This document shows positions 12,510 through 24,749 of a stretch of 58,510 nucleotides of DNA, in pieces (position 1 is the first letter of the stretch; every line of letters starts with the position of its first letter). Position numbers and translations under genes: made by a program. Location: positions 1-58,510 of the forward strand of contig JAHDYR010000050.1 of NCBI GenBank assembly GCA_019828565.1, written 5' to 3'. This DNA comes from Carpediemonas membranifera BICM (taxonomy: Eukaryota; Protista; Fornicata). Under the pieces are notes generated by a model, which worked only from the letters and a program-made list of their open reading frames with translations, did not search any database and had not been told where the DNA came from.

Positions 12510-12885
12510 TTGGGCCTCAGCGCTGTCGTTCAGGCCAATCCACGTTTGTGGATCCGTGCAGTTTATGGCTTATCGACCGGACATCTCCTGAACTGAGCGC
12601 CAGGGGGCGGAGGTGGCGTTGGCGTGGGGCGTGGAGGCGCTGGGGGCGGGGGTGGCGTTGATATTGGGCAATTACATAAAGTGCACGGTGCTTGGAATTT
12701 CATTCCAACCTCAAAATGGCGGGAAAGCATTATTGGAAGGAACTAGTGGCAGCTATGCGGTTCTTTATACTGCAAAAGCAACCAGCTGTCGTCAAAAAGC
12801 GCGCCATCTACCATCAATAACCAACATCTGCGTTGCACTCCACTGTTCTCGGTCGTTAATGCACAAAAATCACTAAACAACATCA
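12510..12885 (+). repeat. About 375-bp intergenic repeat, copy 3
   Basis: Near-identical to 7363-7739. Confidence 0.95.
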
Positions 12886-13430
12886 AAAGGACTGTTCATA
12901 CGTTATTAAACATTGCTTGCTACTTCTGTTTCATCTTATTGTCGTTTACAGCTGTGTTGTCCTCAACAAATGCCAAGACAGATCAACGAGGCGTTCGCGG
13001 CTTCCCGTTGAAGACTTGCCATTGCCAGAGAGAGTGCCATGCCTGGCACGTCTCTCTTCTTGTCTGCCGCGTGAAGGAATCGACCAGGCTGGATTCATGT
13101 GCAGCTTATGCAGCAATGGACACTCTGGAGTCAGAACTGCATTTGCAGCAGCTTCTTGCTGCTATTGAGCTTACTTGTGGCCCTGTCCCATCAGAAAGAA
13201 ACAACAGACAGGCCCGAAAGATCGCCGCGGTCATTTCTGGTGAGTTTGACAGAGCATTCGACCGTTTCTTGCGCGATCTCTTCGCCGACAGCCCGTCTAT
13301 CATGAAGAGCTAGATCTCCTGGCGGAGATTCCCCAAGAGCCCATTGAAGATGTGCCTGTCGCGGTAGGAGAAACCGCCAAGCCTGCATCCAAGCTTCAGC
13401 CCAAGACCACCAAGTCCTGCGAAGAAGAAG

Positions 13431-14285
13431 GTGCAGACAAAGAAGCTGAGACAGCTGGCGCCGCGACGCGCTGGTACGCCTGCCCCGACACAACAGCAGG
13501 TCATCGTACCACTCAAGAACCTCAGCCGCCAGGAAGAGACAAGCCTTGAAACGTGGATTCGCAGCGTGCCGAAAAACTCTGCCATTACCATCGATATCTC
13601 TGGGATGGATGGTTTCAACGCCAGTGAGTCGACCCTTCACGAGCTGGAACACTCATTCCAGGAGAACAACGTCCGAGTTATTCGGGCCTGGATTGCTTAC
13701 CAGCTTTGTCTCTACGACTGTTTGTCAAGCCAGAAGATTAAGTATAACGAAAACGTGGCCCCCAGCGACGCCCTGCTCTCAGTGGCTCTTCAGCAGCAGA
13801 GGATCTTTGTCCAGGCGAACAAGCAAGGTGCACTTTCCACACGCCTTAACATAACGAAGACCCCCTTCTACAACAACGTTGTGGAGCGTCTGAAACTGAT
13901 GGGTGAGACAGAAAGCATGATGTCAAAGTTCCACAACATCATTGGTGTCATCATCATCCACTTCGCCGACTTCACTTCCTTGCTGAAGAACCGAATGATC
14001 CCGAAGGATAACGATACAGTCAGGGGCTTGAGCACCCTCATTGTTCACAGTCATCTGTGCATGGTTTACTCAACGGCGAAAGATATCCGTCCTGAGATCT
14101 ACAATGCTCTGACGACAAGCAGTACATTCCCGCCAGACCTTATGGCGTTTGCAAGAATGGCATTTGGTCTCGGACAAACCGCGGCGGTGACCCATGAGTC
14201 GCCCGAAAAGCAGAAGCATGCGGACAACACAATAGAGGATGATTCAGAGATCGAGACAAGTGGTAAGAGGGTGAGGACTGAGTAA
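13431..14285 (+). CDS. Unknown protein, family Y; paralog of 28266..29531 (true start probably upstream)
   Basis: ITKTPFY...LMG / IHFADF...MIP align with ITNPFY...GMG / VHPEHF...IIP. Basic NLS-like C-terminus (KRVR). Confidence 0.65.
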   Translation: MQTKKLRQLAPRRAGTPAPTQQQVIVPLKNLSRQEETSLETWIRSVPKNSAITIDISGMDGFNASESTLHELEHSFQENNVRVIRAWIAYQLCLYDCLSSQKIKYNENVAPSDALLSVALQQQRIFVQANKQGALSTRLNITKTPFYNNVVERLKLMGETESMMSKFHNIIGVIIIHFADFTSLLKNRMIPKDNDTVRGLSTLIVHSHLCMVYSTAKDIRPEIYNALTTSSTFPPDLMAFARMAFGLGQTAAVTHESPEKQKHADNTIEDDSEIETSGKRVRTE

Positions 14286-14325
14286 ATGGATTGCAAATGA
14301 GTCTTTTTAATGTCTCACCACCTGT

Positions 14326-14701
14326 TTGGGCCTCAGCGCTGTCGTTCAGGCCAATCCACGTTTGTGGATCCGTGCAGTTTATGGCTTATCGACCGGACAT
14401 CTCCTGAACTGAGCGCCAGGGGGGCGGAGGTGGCGTTGGCGTGGGGCGTGGAGGCGCTGGGGGCGGGGGTGGCGTTGATATTGGGCAATTACATAAAGTG
14501 CACGGTGCTTGGAATTTCATTCCAACCTCAAAAATGGCGGGAAAGCATTATTGGAAGGAACTAGTGGCAGCTATGCGGTTCTTTATACTGCAAAAGCAAC
14601 CAGCTGTCGTCAAAAGCGCGCCATCTACCATCAATAACCAACATCTGCGTTGCACTCCACTGTTCTCGGTCGTTAATGCACAAAATCACTAAACAACATC
14701 A
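14326..14701 (+). repeat. About 375-bp intergenic repeat, copy 4
   Basis: Near-identical to 7363-7739. Confidence 0.95.
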
Positions 14702-14860
14702 AAAGGACTGTTCATACGTTATTAAACATTGCTTGCTACTTCTGTTACATCTCCTTAGGACATTTACTTCTGATTCTGTTTCTGCTCTCTCTTCTCCAGC
14801 ACCTCTGCCATCTCGAGACCTGTCAGCAGCATTGATCTCATTCCTGCATCACAGAAAGTA

Positions 14861-16162
14861 TCAATCTCTTTTCGTCCGCTCAATCATTGCAATAAACTGC
14901 CTGTGCAGTCTTCCGCGCACACCTTTTGCGCACTTATTGGTGCTCACCTGCCTGTATCCCTTGTGGCATGTGTCACAGCTGACGTTCTCGCGTCCATGAA
15001 GGTCTCTACCACACACTATGCAGCGCCGATAGAAGACTTGACCCTCAAACCCTCGCTGACAGCAGTCGGTCAGTCTCTTTCGCTGAGCTGCAGACAGGGT
15101 GACCTCTTCTGTATCATCTAACAGAAGCGGACTCGGCTTGGCGACGCATTCATGCACGCGCATGATGACCTTGAGCTTGTCAAGACATTCGGCAGCAGTG
15201 GGACGCTTCGTTGGGTCGAAGTGGAGCATCTGCATTGCCAGGTCGTACAGGCTGAGACAATTAGGTGGCGTGGTGCCGCGAATCGGGAGCTCAGAGTTCA
15301 CGTTGACACACTCGAGGCAATCTTTGAAATGTGTCTGTGCCTGAGGTGACAACTGCAACTGCCCACCATAGAATTGGCACCAGTTCAGCAAGCTACCAAG
15401 CTTCAGCATCTTCTTCTTCTTGTTGTCGATCTGCGCCATGTTTGCACCCATGTCAGTCACCTTCGCGGCAAAGGGGGACTTAGAGAGACCGTTAACGAGC
15501 ATCATAATGACAATACCGCAAGAGTAAATGTCCGATGCAGGTGTCACGACATAAGAAGTGACGGAAAGAGCCCCTGCCGTCATGCGCGCGAGCTTGGAGG
15601 TGTCGCGTGCAGCAGGAATCACTGAGCGCGAGACAAGGTACTCGTAGAAAAGCTCTGGGGGCAAATATCCATGGGTGCCGCGATACTCGGATGCGAATCT
15701 CAGTTGTATGGCCCACCTGTCGTCGCCATTAGCCGGCTTCCTCATTGCAGACCCAAAATCAATGAGGTATCCCTTCTGACTCTTGCTGAAGAGGAAGTTG
15801 TCTGGCTTAATATCGCAATGGACAACCCCGTGGTCATGCATGTAGCATACTGCCTGCAGCAGATGCGAAACATAGCGGAACTGCACGCTGGAGTGAGCCT
15901 TGCAGATGCCAGCGAAGGGGGTACAGTTGACCAAAGGAGCCATGAAGGCTGTATCACGGTCGACAAAACCTGTATCGACGACAGGGAGGACATGCGGACT
16001 GTCCTTGAGCGCTAGCAGGGTGGGAACCTCCATACCATAATGCTCATCAACTTTGATCACAACCTGCAGCTTTTCAGGTTCAAAGTCGTGCAGATATTGT
16101 CTACTATTACCAGGTAAGGAAGTCAGTCGCTCCAGCTTGTCGCTATCTAGCTCAAACACCAT
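14861..16162 (-). CDS. Ser/Thr protein kinase (non-RD) with C-terminal Zn ribbon
   Basis: VIK, HCDIKPDN, DFG, GTHGYLPPE, SDIYSCG, RPTA; C-terminal CIVCG...CDTC. Confidence 0.93.
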   Translation of the reverse strand: MVFELDSDKLERLTSLPGNSRQYLHDFEPEKLQVVIKVDEHYGMEVPTLLALKDSPHVLPVVDTGFVDRDTAFMAPLVNCTPFAGICKAHSSVQFRYVSHLLQAVCYMHDHGVVHCDIKPDNFLFSKSQKGYLIDFGSAMRKPANGDDRWAIQLRFASEYRGTHGYLPPELFYEYLVSRSVIPAARDTSKLARMTAGALSVTSYVVTPASDIYSCGIVIMMLVNGLSKSPFAAKVTDMGANMAQIDNKKKKMLKLGSLLNWCQFYGGQLQLSPQAQTHFKDCLECVNVNSELPIRGTTPPNCLSLYDLAMQMLHFDPTKRPTAAECLDKLKVIMRVHECVAKPSPLLLDDTEEVTLSAAQRKRLTDCCQRGFEGQVFYRRCIVCGRDLHGRENVSCDTCHKGYRQVSTNKCAKGVRGRLHRQFIAMIERTKRD

Positions 16163-16326
16163 GCACAGGTAGCTGTGTGAAATTCGGTCTTAAAGTGCAT
16201 TTCGCGACAGCTAGCTGTGCGTCGCAACGAGAGAAGTAGCAGTGGAAAACAAGCCAGGACTGGCTTATGAATGGTGTTTATGGACATCAGCTATGCTCCA
16301 ATCATAAACTCTTCCTCTTTACAATG

Positions 16327-16395
16327 TCAGATGAAGGAAAAGACGATACTGTCGGCAGTATCGCTCTCTGAGCGCTCCTCATCAATCACATTCTC
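16327..16395 (-). pseudogene. Displaced 3' end of the gene starting at 35528, separated from it by element 2
   Basis: Removing 16398-34355 and one TT gives in-frame ...GDGEIQ|ENVIDEERSESDTADSIVFSFI*, which continues the acidic tail. Confidence 0.72.
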
Positions 16396-16397
16396 TT

Positions 16398-16472
16398 CAT
16401 ACTGTCAACATCCCTAGATTATCTTTGCTAAACCCTAGATTATCTTCGACCTCAAAACGCTAGATAATCTAC
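16398..16472 (+). repeat. Left TIR of element 2
   Basis: catactgtcaacatccctagattatctttgctaaaccctagattatcttcgacctcaaaacgctagataatctac: two direct TAGATTATCT boxes and one inverted box. Confidence 0.93.
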
Positions 16473-16654
16473 AATTTCTTGCTCAGAAATGAAGTATTCA
16501 TTAAATTTAAGCTATTTAGAGATAAACGAAGGTCTTCTTGAGAGTCCATATGATGTACGTAGAGCATGGAAAGAAGCTCTGGCTCTGACTCCTTGCCTGG
16601 TTTGAGCATTTCGCCGTGCAGGTTAAGACGAAACGATAAAATGGACAATAACAG

Positions 16655-16758
16655 AAAATCTAACAGGTAGATTCACTACGATAGTGATTATGTGAGTAGT
16701 TGAAAGGAGGTACATATGCGCATAATCACTTTCAGAGTGAATCTACCTGTTAGATTTT
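16655..16758. repeat. Long hairpin (23-bp perfect outer stem plus 10-bp inner stem)
   Basis: aaaatctaacaggtagattcact pairs with agtgaatctacctgttagatttt; agtgattatg pairs with cataatcact. Confidence 0.85.
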
Positions 16759-17141
16759 GAGATATGGTCGATTTCTTGTTTTTTGACTTGGCTAGAGTCG
16801 AATTGGAAGAAAAGGAGAGGCTATTACTCAGGGAATATTGCTCGTCAAAGAAAAAGCAAGCAAGGCCGCGAGGTATGGCCACCCGACCTACAAGATGGGC
16901 TGGGTGTCATCGCGTAAGGACGACCGGTCGTGCGCGGTCAACGCTGACAAAAACTTAGCGATTTAGAGAAATAAATGGCGCCACCGTATTCAGCACAAGA
17001 CAGTGAACTCAGCTATATGTTTTTTTCTCAGTATATTTACCCAGCGGCTGATCCCACAGTTTAAGGGCGCGTATTAGCCTGCACTTTGCATGAAAAAAAT
17101 CTGCCTGAACACGACCAATTGTCCAAAACACAGCATTTAGC

Positions 17142-17348
17142 ATGCAACAGGAGCTGGAAGCAGCTGCAACATCTATTCTAGACCATTCAACAACGATTAC
17201 GCAGGAAATTGACGCAATAGAGGCCATTCAGTCCCATTACTTCATAGATTCACGCTTGAACGATATTACGAGCAGTATCAGGCAAGAAACAAGAAAGCTG
17301 AACGCGATTGGTGACTCCTTTCTCGCTGCGACATTTGCAGCATACTGA
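17142..17348 (+). CDS. Small unknown protein, paralog of 58083..58460
   Basis: IEAIQSHYFIDSRLNDITSSIRQETRKLNAIG aligns with VEEIQSRFCLDSRLESICRSIMAETGKMKAIG. Confidence 0.55.
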   Translation: MQQELEAAATSILDHSTTITQEIDAIEAIQSHYFIDSRLNDITSSIRQETRKLNAIGDSFLAATFAAY

Positions 17349-17617
17349 CAGCCACGACACGCCATTAAGCTTACGTCAGGGAGCGCCATCGCCAAGCAAG
17401 TAAATAGAGCTGTATACGACCACCAGAGACGGACGTATGAGTCAGAACGGTGTGCTACCGGAATACGCAGGGTGTTTTGTGCCCTGTTGATTCCAGGAGC
17501 ACGCTGTCCTGGGTCACACAGGATTATCACATAATCACTGAGCAATCGGGCTCATGGTACATTGTTTCATTGGATCTATCTTCATGAAAATATGTTTGAA
17601 AAGATTCAATTGTATCT

Positions 17618-18854
17618 TTACTGCTCCGACTGTTGAACCACCGACTTGAAGTTCTCAAGGCAATCGTCACAAAGACGGATCTTGGGAATATTCACGCCGT
17701 CAATGACGACCTTCACGGCAGTGGTGCCCATACAGCCCTTGTTACCACAGAACCAGTGCCCACACATCCGACAATGATATACCGAGGCGTTCTTCTGGCA
17801 TGCGAAACAAGTCTTCTCCTGGACACAAGCCTGGCATGTGAACTTCCACGAGGACTTCTTTCTGTTGGCTTCTTTCGTCCAGTTGGCATTCTTTGAACAT
17901 TTCTCCGGACGAGCAGGCACGCAAACGGAATTGTCATGAAAGTTCCTGCCGCACTCTCCACACGAGACAAACTTTGACGTGTTGAGATTGCCAACCCAGT
18001 CCAAGCTGTGGCAATGGCCGCAACAGAAGGCAAGCATCCTCTTCTGCAAGTCAAGGAGGTTCTCTCCATCATCGTCAGAGTCTGAATCTGCGGTTACCGG
18101 CCGTTCTTTGAGCTGAGAGAGATCTTCCGACATGCGCTGTGTCATGCGATGGACGTCATCGAGTAGCATGACGTCACGCTTAGAGATAGACTCAGAGGGT
18201 CGAACGGGGTCAACCTTCACCTCCTGCTTCACTTGCGGCACGGAATGGGGGATTTCTGCTGTCTTGAAAAACGTCTTCGTCCGACCAGTAAATATGTCGG
18301 GTGCCGAAAGGTCCACCAGATTAAGGGACAGAGGACGCGAATCAAAAATTCTGGGGGACGTCCAGGCCAACTCTCGTGAAAATCTTCTTCATCGCGGTCA
18401 GAAGCTCCGATCGCACCGGGTTGGGGGCCCGAGAGAGGTTATGAAACACTCTCGAAGGAGCCTGATCAGAAATGCCGATGTTGCAGTGGCAAGACTGGGT
18501 TGCCCACTCCTTAACATGCCCAATGACAAGCCTACCCTGCGATACAGCCGTGAGGGACTTGATACCATCAAAGAATGTCGGATCAGGGTGGCAGGGCTGC
18601 AAGTACACCGAGATGATGTGATTGTAGGCATTCGCCACCTTACGGACAGATAGACCAGTCATATCCGTTCCAAACACATCAACGGTGATGCAAAAGAATG
18701 CCTTGAGCATACCAATCATGAGAGCCGACCTGCATTCGCTCTTTGCGGCGTCATTCCACCTTACCATCGGCTTGCGTTTCTGAGAGTTCGTCTCTCGGGT
18801 GTCCGGAGTAGTTCCTTCATTTCCACGCTTCATCTCTAGTTCCGTGGCTGGCAT
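17618..18854 (-). CDS. PHD-like zinc-finger protein (two overlapping ORFs, +1 shift near 18355); paralog of 4822..6010
   Basis: CCGHC...CGECGRNFH...C...CQAC followed by CFAC...CRMC...WFC...C...CDDC. Confidence 0.72.
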
Positions 18855-18928
18855 TAGATGATCTTCTCGAAGTCACGCATTTTTAGGATTTTTAGAATCT
18901 TTAGAATTCTTGAAAGAGCGACTGACAG

Positions 18929-19684
18929 ATGGCGCTTCAACTGAAGTGGAAACTGTCTAACGGATCTATCTATGCTCCGGAGGGCACTGATGACATCAAT
19001 ACCATCCTTTGCAGCGTCTGGCTCTCGATTGACGCAGTGGATCGCCGTATTAACGGATTTGATACCTCCAAACACCAGCAAAGGCTCGAGCTAGCCCGCA
19101 TCGCGCAGGAACTAATCAATATCGGCGCTGTATCGCGTGAGGCTATTTCTAGCAATCTCTACCCAGCGCCATCATCCACTAGCATCTCAAAGGAGAAGAA
19201 GGCACACCGCTCTGGTCCCAGTCACCTTTACGTTGGTGCATATGTTCTGCATTCTGATAGCGTCGGCCTCGAGGCAGAGAATGCTCGTCTACGAAAGCGT
19301 ATTGCTGACACTGAACGTCTTCTGCAGGTGTCCAACGAGCTCAGGGCCATCACGATCGGCGTGAATGCAGTCAATGACGAGATTCACATCATGCAAGCCC
19401 TTGCACAGAGACTCAACCTTGACATTATCAACATCAAACAGGTCACAAACCAAGTCAAGTCGCTTCAGTGCAGCATTCGGAACATCGCAGACGTTGAAAC
19501 CATTGTCAAGTCGCATAGGAACTTGAAAAAGGCCCTAAAGGGCTACATACCCATGGCGATCACTCAAGAGACACGAGCAAAGAGGACGGACAAGGATCAC
19601 CGCGAGTATGACCTCGACCTGATTACCCACGTCGACGCTGTTGCAGCAGGAAACACAGAGAGTGATTTAATTGATCCGGGGTAA
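18929..19684 (+). CDS. Unknown coiled-coil-rich protein
   Basis: 251-aa ATG-started ORF divergent from the PHD gene; no motif recognised. Confidence 0.5.
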   Translation: MALQLKWKLSNGSIYAPEGTDDINTILCSVWLSIDAVDRRINGFDTSKHQQRLELARIAQELINIGAVSREAISSNLYPAPSSTSISKEKKAHRSGPSHLYVGAYVLHSDSVGLEAENARLRKRIADTERLLQVSNELRAITIGVNAVNDEIHIMQALAQRLNLDIINIKQVTNQVKSLQCSIRNIADVETIVKSHRNLKKALKGYIPMAITQETRAKRTDKDHREYDLDLITHVDAVAAGNTESDLIDPG

Positions 19685-19931
19685 ATCAGTCATCAATTGA
19701 TTACACTTCCCCCAAGATCCGGAAATAAAAATTCGGATCTTCCAAAATCTCCAGAACCCCGAAATAAAATTCCTTGGTCCAAATCTTCAGCAGAATCTAT
19801 TCCCGCAGGTTATGTCTCATTGAAGGTCCCCATGCTGAGGACGCATCAAAAACAAACCATCAACGTCGTATGCCGTGAATAACAACTAATCAACATCAAA
19901 ACCAATGGAATCCAGCTTATTGTAGCTGAAC

Positions 19932-22100
19932 ACTGCTCCTTCCCCCATGGGTCCGAAGTTTCCAGCCTTTTCAGCGACTACCGCCTTAGTTCGCTTTGAA
20001 CCGCAGCATCTTCCGCTGTGCAGGCAACTTCTTCGCCAAATGAGGTACTTTCTCCAAGTATCTGTCAAGTGCTTCGAGTTTGTCTAGCTCCAATGTGAAT
20101 GGCTCCCACGTGGCTTCCTCAGGAAGGTACCCTTCCCAAATAACATGCAGTAGCAGCTTCCGTCCCTCGAACTTGTGCTCGTTGATCTCCTCCACCACGT
20201 ATTCGTCGTCTCGCTCCGCAGCAACCTGCTTCAGCTGATCGAGCGTCAAGCTTGTCTCGAACACCCTGAGCCTGTCAGCGTGGATGCTGTGGGTCTTCCC
20301 GGACGTCAGGTTACGGACACGATAAACGTTCGGGGACTTGTCTGGGCCTATGCACCACATCGGCCCGAGCAGAGTAGATCTCCTACCGGAGTTCGACGCC
20401 ACCAGGACTGCGGTGTCTTGTAGCTCGATGTGATCGCGACTTGGCGACTCTCCATCACACAGTTGTTGCTGAACCACACGATTAACTTCAATCCTACGCC
20501 TAAAGAGCTCCAACGAGACTGTATCGTCACTCAACTCGTCAAGAGTCGAGTCTTGCTCCTGGTCGTACAGTACCGTCCACGGGGACATGCCCGTGGTACT
20601 ATTCTTCGTCGAGTTAAGGATGAACTGAGCGTGTGGAATCAGTTTCGTCCAGTCACGTGTCTTGCACTCCGTCATCAGGCACTTCAGATGCTTCTTCAGC
20701 TCCGCGTTCTGACGTTCGACGACGCCTTGCGATGCCGGTCGGTACGGCGTACCGATATGATGTTTCATCGATAGCTTCTCCACCATGGTGTCGACGAGCT
20801 GATTTCGGTATTGGGACCCACCGTCTGAATGGATTAAACGGGGTATACCGTAGTGGGCGACCCATTGTAATAGGGCCTCAGCTGCCTCTGCCGCAGTCGT
20901 GGAGTGAGTGAGGTATAACATCGTAAGCTTGGAGAACGTGTCGATGGCCACCACGATGTGGCGGTAACCGCCGCCAGATTCAGGTAGGGGTCCAACAGTG
21001 TCTACTTGTACTACGTCAAATGGAAGGCGTCCCATCGTCGAATGCCGGTCCTGCGGCACTCGCTCAGCTGTCTGCCGATGGACTTGGCAGACCGGGCAGG
21101 CCTTGACGAACTGTTTCACCTCGTTGTACATCCCCTTCCACGTCTCTCCTCTTTCAATCAGGCGTTGTAGGGTAGCCCGAATGCCCAGATGTCCTTGTAA
21201 ACCCCCATGTATGCTTTCGATCAGGTCAGTATGGCTCGTATCGGCACTTTGTAGGTGTACTAGACGGGACAAGCCGTCTGCACCGCCGTTGGCCACTCCT
21301 GGTACGTGTTCCACGGAATAGTTGAACCGTGCCATGGCCAGATGCCACCTAACCACCTTAGCGTTGGCAGAGGTGGCCAGGTAGAGCAGATTTTTGTGGT
21401 CAGTGCGCACAACGAACTCTCGTCCGATCAGTAGTCGCTCTGCCTTCTGCATTGCGAAATAAATCGCGAACGCCTCCTTCTCATACGTCGACCATCGGCG
21501 TTGGGTAGCGTCGAATGTCTTCGAGTAAAAGGCGATCGGACTAGGACCTGACGCGGATTCTTGCATCAGTACGGCACCTGCTGCGACATCACTTGCGTCG
21601 GTCTGCAATATCAGCTTCGACCCAGGCTTGGGGTGTACGAGCATTCTGTTGTCCAGCAGGCAGGTCTTGACGCGCTCAAATGCGTCTTGTTGGTCTGGTC
21701 CCCACTCAAACTTCCTGTTGGCCCGGGTGAGGGCCGCAAGGGGGCTCAGTTATGTCCGCGTAGCGCTCAATCATGGGGCGGAAGTAGTTAACAGTCCCCA
21801 AGAGCGTACGAAGCGTCGACAGGTCACGGGGGGGTGCAAGATCGTGAATTCCTTGCAGGCGATCCTCTGCGATCCTCTTGCCGTCGGCGCTAACGGTCCA
21901 TCCTAGATAATCGATCTCGGACGCAGCGAAGATGCACTTCTTCGCATTGAGACGGAGTCCTCGAGTGTGGAGTTTTCCGAGAACGGTCTCCAGGCGACGT
22001 AGAAATTCGGTTTTGTCCCGGCCGTAGACCACTACGTCGTCCACGTACACCAAACAGTCGGTGTACACGCTGCTTCCTAGCGCTGCCTCCAGGGCCTCCA
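19932..22100 (-). mobile_element. pol: 5'-truncated chromovirus (Ty3/gypsy) retrotransposon: RT C-terminus, RNase H, integrase, chromodomain, PPT
   Basis: YVDD (RT); TDASD, EKEA, TDHKNL (RNase H); HHCC and D-D-E (VDTVGP, SDGG, VERQN) integrase; chromodomain EYVVEEI...WEGY...TWEP. PPT gggggaaggagcag at 19933-19946 is followed by TG at 19932. Confidence 0.95.
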
Positions 22101-22942
22101 GGGACAACGCCAAAATGGCGAGTTCAGGTTGTAGCAATGATCTGATGCGCGGAATGTACTAGAAAACATTGCAATTACAACGCAAAGCAGCGAAAAGCGG
22201 AGAAATCAACATCAATAACAACATCAACACCAAAAGAACAGTATCCCAAAGAATTGTGGGCGTTGCTGCGCCAAAGAGCAATAAATGACCACAAAGCATT
22301 CGCTTATGCACAATTAGCTGCCAGAAAGAACACTACACCGTTACTTTGGATCATTCCAGTTCGCCGGAGATGACGCAGGTCCAGAACGCTGCCTTGGAGG
22401 GCTGGCGAAGCGGTAGTGTAGCGCTTACTCGCCAAGCGGGCGATGGTCTCGACGGGACGGTTGACGGTCTCAAGGTGGCCCTGCTCTTCGACGTACCAGG
22501 CGGACATGCCGATGACGGAGCGGCGCTGACCCTGGCGGACGTTATCTTCGCCCTGGGTGAAGCTGTTCTTGCCGCAGTACACGTCGATACCGATGGTGAG
22601 GCAGGGCTGTAGCATGGAGGCCGAGAAACCATAAACTGCACGGATCCACAAACGTGGATTGGCCTGAACGACAGCGCTGATGCCCAGATAGGCATATATA
22701 CATTCATTTATTCCTGTCTCGCTCTCTTGCCTGTCTGATCGCGACGCTTGACCCACTCAAATGCCTCATCTGTGAGGTAGACAGACATGCCGCTGCCCTT
22801 ATCCTTCCGAGTCAGGCTCCTCCTCGTCTGCCTACTTACCCTTCTTCTCCTCTGTCTCCACCTCCTTGTCCTCCTTCTTCTCCGTCTCAGCCTTCTCCTA
22901 AACGTACACAGTCGAACGCACTACAAAGGCATATCCAAATCT

Positions 22943-24540
22943 TTATTCAATCTCAACGACCTCGCACTTCTTCTGGTACAGCGTGGCGTGAGCCGGATCG
23001 CCTTCGATGACAATAGCGAAATTATCTGTCAACCCCCACAAGTCTGCATCGGGTGCAAGCATGGTGGTGCCATCAAACAGGTATAAGATGGCGGAGATGC
23101 CTTGCATGCCGTTGTATCCGTCGTATGACTGGACAACAAGGATGTTCCGCTTCTGCTTCCTCGCCCAGACTCGGATGGCGTTCGAGTTATAGTAGCCGGA
23201 GTCCGGATCTGTCAGGCTACGCTCCGTGACATTCTTCTTAGACCAGTACTTGGCCTTCACTGACTGGCAGAGGCCACGCTGCCACTTTTCGAAGTCGCCA
23301 TCAACTCTGCCACCCAACTCAATGGCTTGGAGACAATATGCAACGCAGTTGCCGTCACTCTTGACATGAATCGCGGTACAGCCAGCCGTGAGAGCCTCCG
23401 CGTTGATGCACGTCTGCACCGCGGCCTCAGAGGTGATGCGAGTCTGAGTCTCCGGCTCAGTCTGGATGCAGGCGTCGCATGTGTTCACCGCCTCCTCTTC
23501 TGCCTCACCCCTCTTCTCCTTCGCCTCCTCCTGCTCCTCATCTGACTCCTCCTCCTCTGACTCCTCCTCCGAGTCCTCAGGCCTGGCCTTCTCGGGCGTG
23601 ATGAAGAGGGCCTTGCGCTTCACAGACATGGATGCCTGCGCCTCGTCCGTATCGCGTCGGGGACATGAAGTCCTGGAGACTGTGCCAGACTGTGGCGGGA
23701 TGGGGCTGCATGGGAGTGATGCATCCATGGACTTGTCAGCGTCATAGGCTGCCTCTCGCTCAGCCTGCTGCTGCAGAAGGCGTCGATGCAGCGTGATGAC
23801 TTCCTCACTCTTTGCCGTCAAGCTCTTCCTCAACTGCTTGACTCTCTTCTTGTATCCTCGAACAATTTTGTGATAGTAATCGATGATAGCGCCAGTACCT
23901 GGGGGGAGCAGGGGCGTACCTTCTCCCGCGGGGGTCTCCAACCATTCCAGGGCGATGATGTACTCTTCGAAGTACGAGCGGCAGGAGTGCTTCATGTAAG
24001 CAAGGTCTGCCTCCTTGCTGCGCACCCTGGCAACCATTGCTGTGACATGGTCGCGCACAAGCGCGTTGGTGGATGTCGCGTTGCGCCACGCCCGAACCTT
24101 GACACTCAGCGCCTCTTTTTCGATACGCGCGCCCTCATTCTCCTTGGCATACTCAGCCCTCTTGGAGTTCTTGAAGGCTGTGACAGCGGCCGACTCAAAC
24201 GCCTTCATCTCCTTCTCCGTGAAGGTTGCCTCGATGTTCTCGTTCGAGGTCTTATCCTGCACCTGCTGAGACAGCAATGCCTCGAGTTCTGCCTTCTTCT
24301 CGCCCTGAATCTCGAAATATGAGCACAGGTGGTTAAAGTTGATCCCTATATAAACATTTGCACCAATTACGTACCGTTCTTGACGACTATATCGAAGATA
24401 TCGTTCTCGTCGAGCAATTTGTCCCGAAGAACGGCACTCTTCGCCTTGTTTGTCTTCTTCTCCTTGAATTCGGTGATAACGGCCTCAATCACATCATCTG
24501 AGGTGCTCTCGATCCACTCGTGAAGGAATTCGAACGTCAT
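22943..24540 (-). CDS. Coiled-coil/acidic protein with C-terminal OTU-like cysteine protease; 29-nt intron at 24346-24374
   Basis: VKSDGNCVAYC...GDPAHATLY gives a D-x-x-C plus His arrangement. Splicing GTACGT..TATAG joins ORF 24367..24639 in frame to ORF 22943..24277. Confidence 0.68.
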
Positions 24541-24749
24541 TCTTCTCTTCGTTATATCCCAATAATGGACATATAACAGAGATGAGAAAATTGCCAGTAA
24601 CCGTAGGCAACGGGGTGTCGGAAACGTTATACCATACAAACGGGGGATATAATCGCTCCGAAAACATCCATTATGTGGACTGAATGGCGATATAACGTAT
24701 GGGGAGTGATCCGGCGAGCTTTCGGGCGGTGCAGGCTAAGACACACCAA

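Noticed and set aside
7363-14701. True integron with attC sites
   Set aside because: There is no intact integrase and no attC consensus; only the layout is similar.
17341-19837. Additional element ends at CATACTG (17341) and CATGCTG (about 19831)
   Set aside because: Neither is followed by iterated boxes or has a partner repeat.
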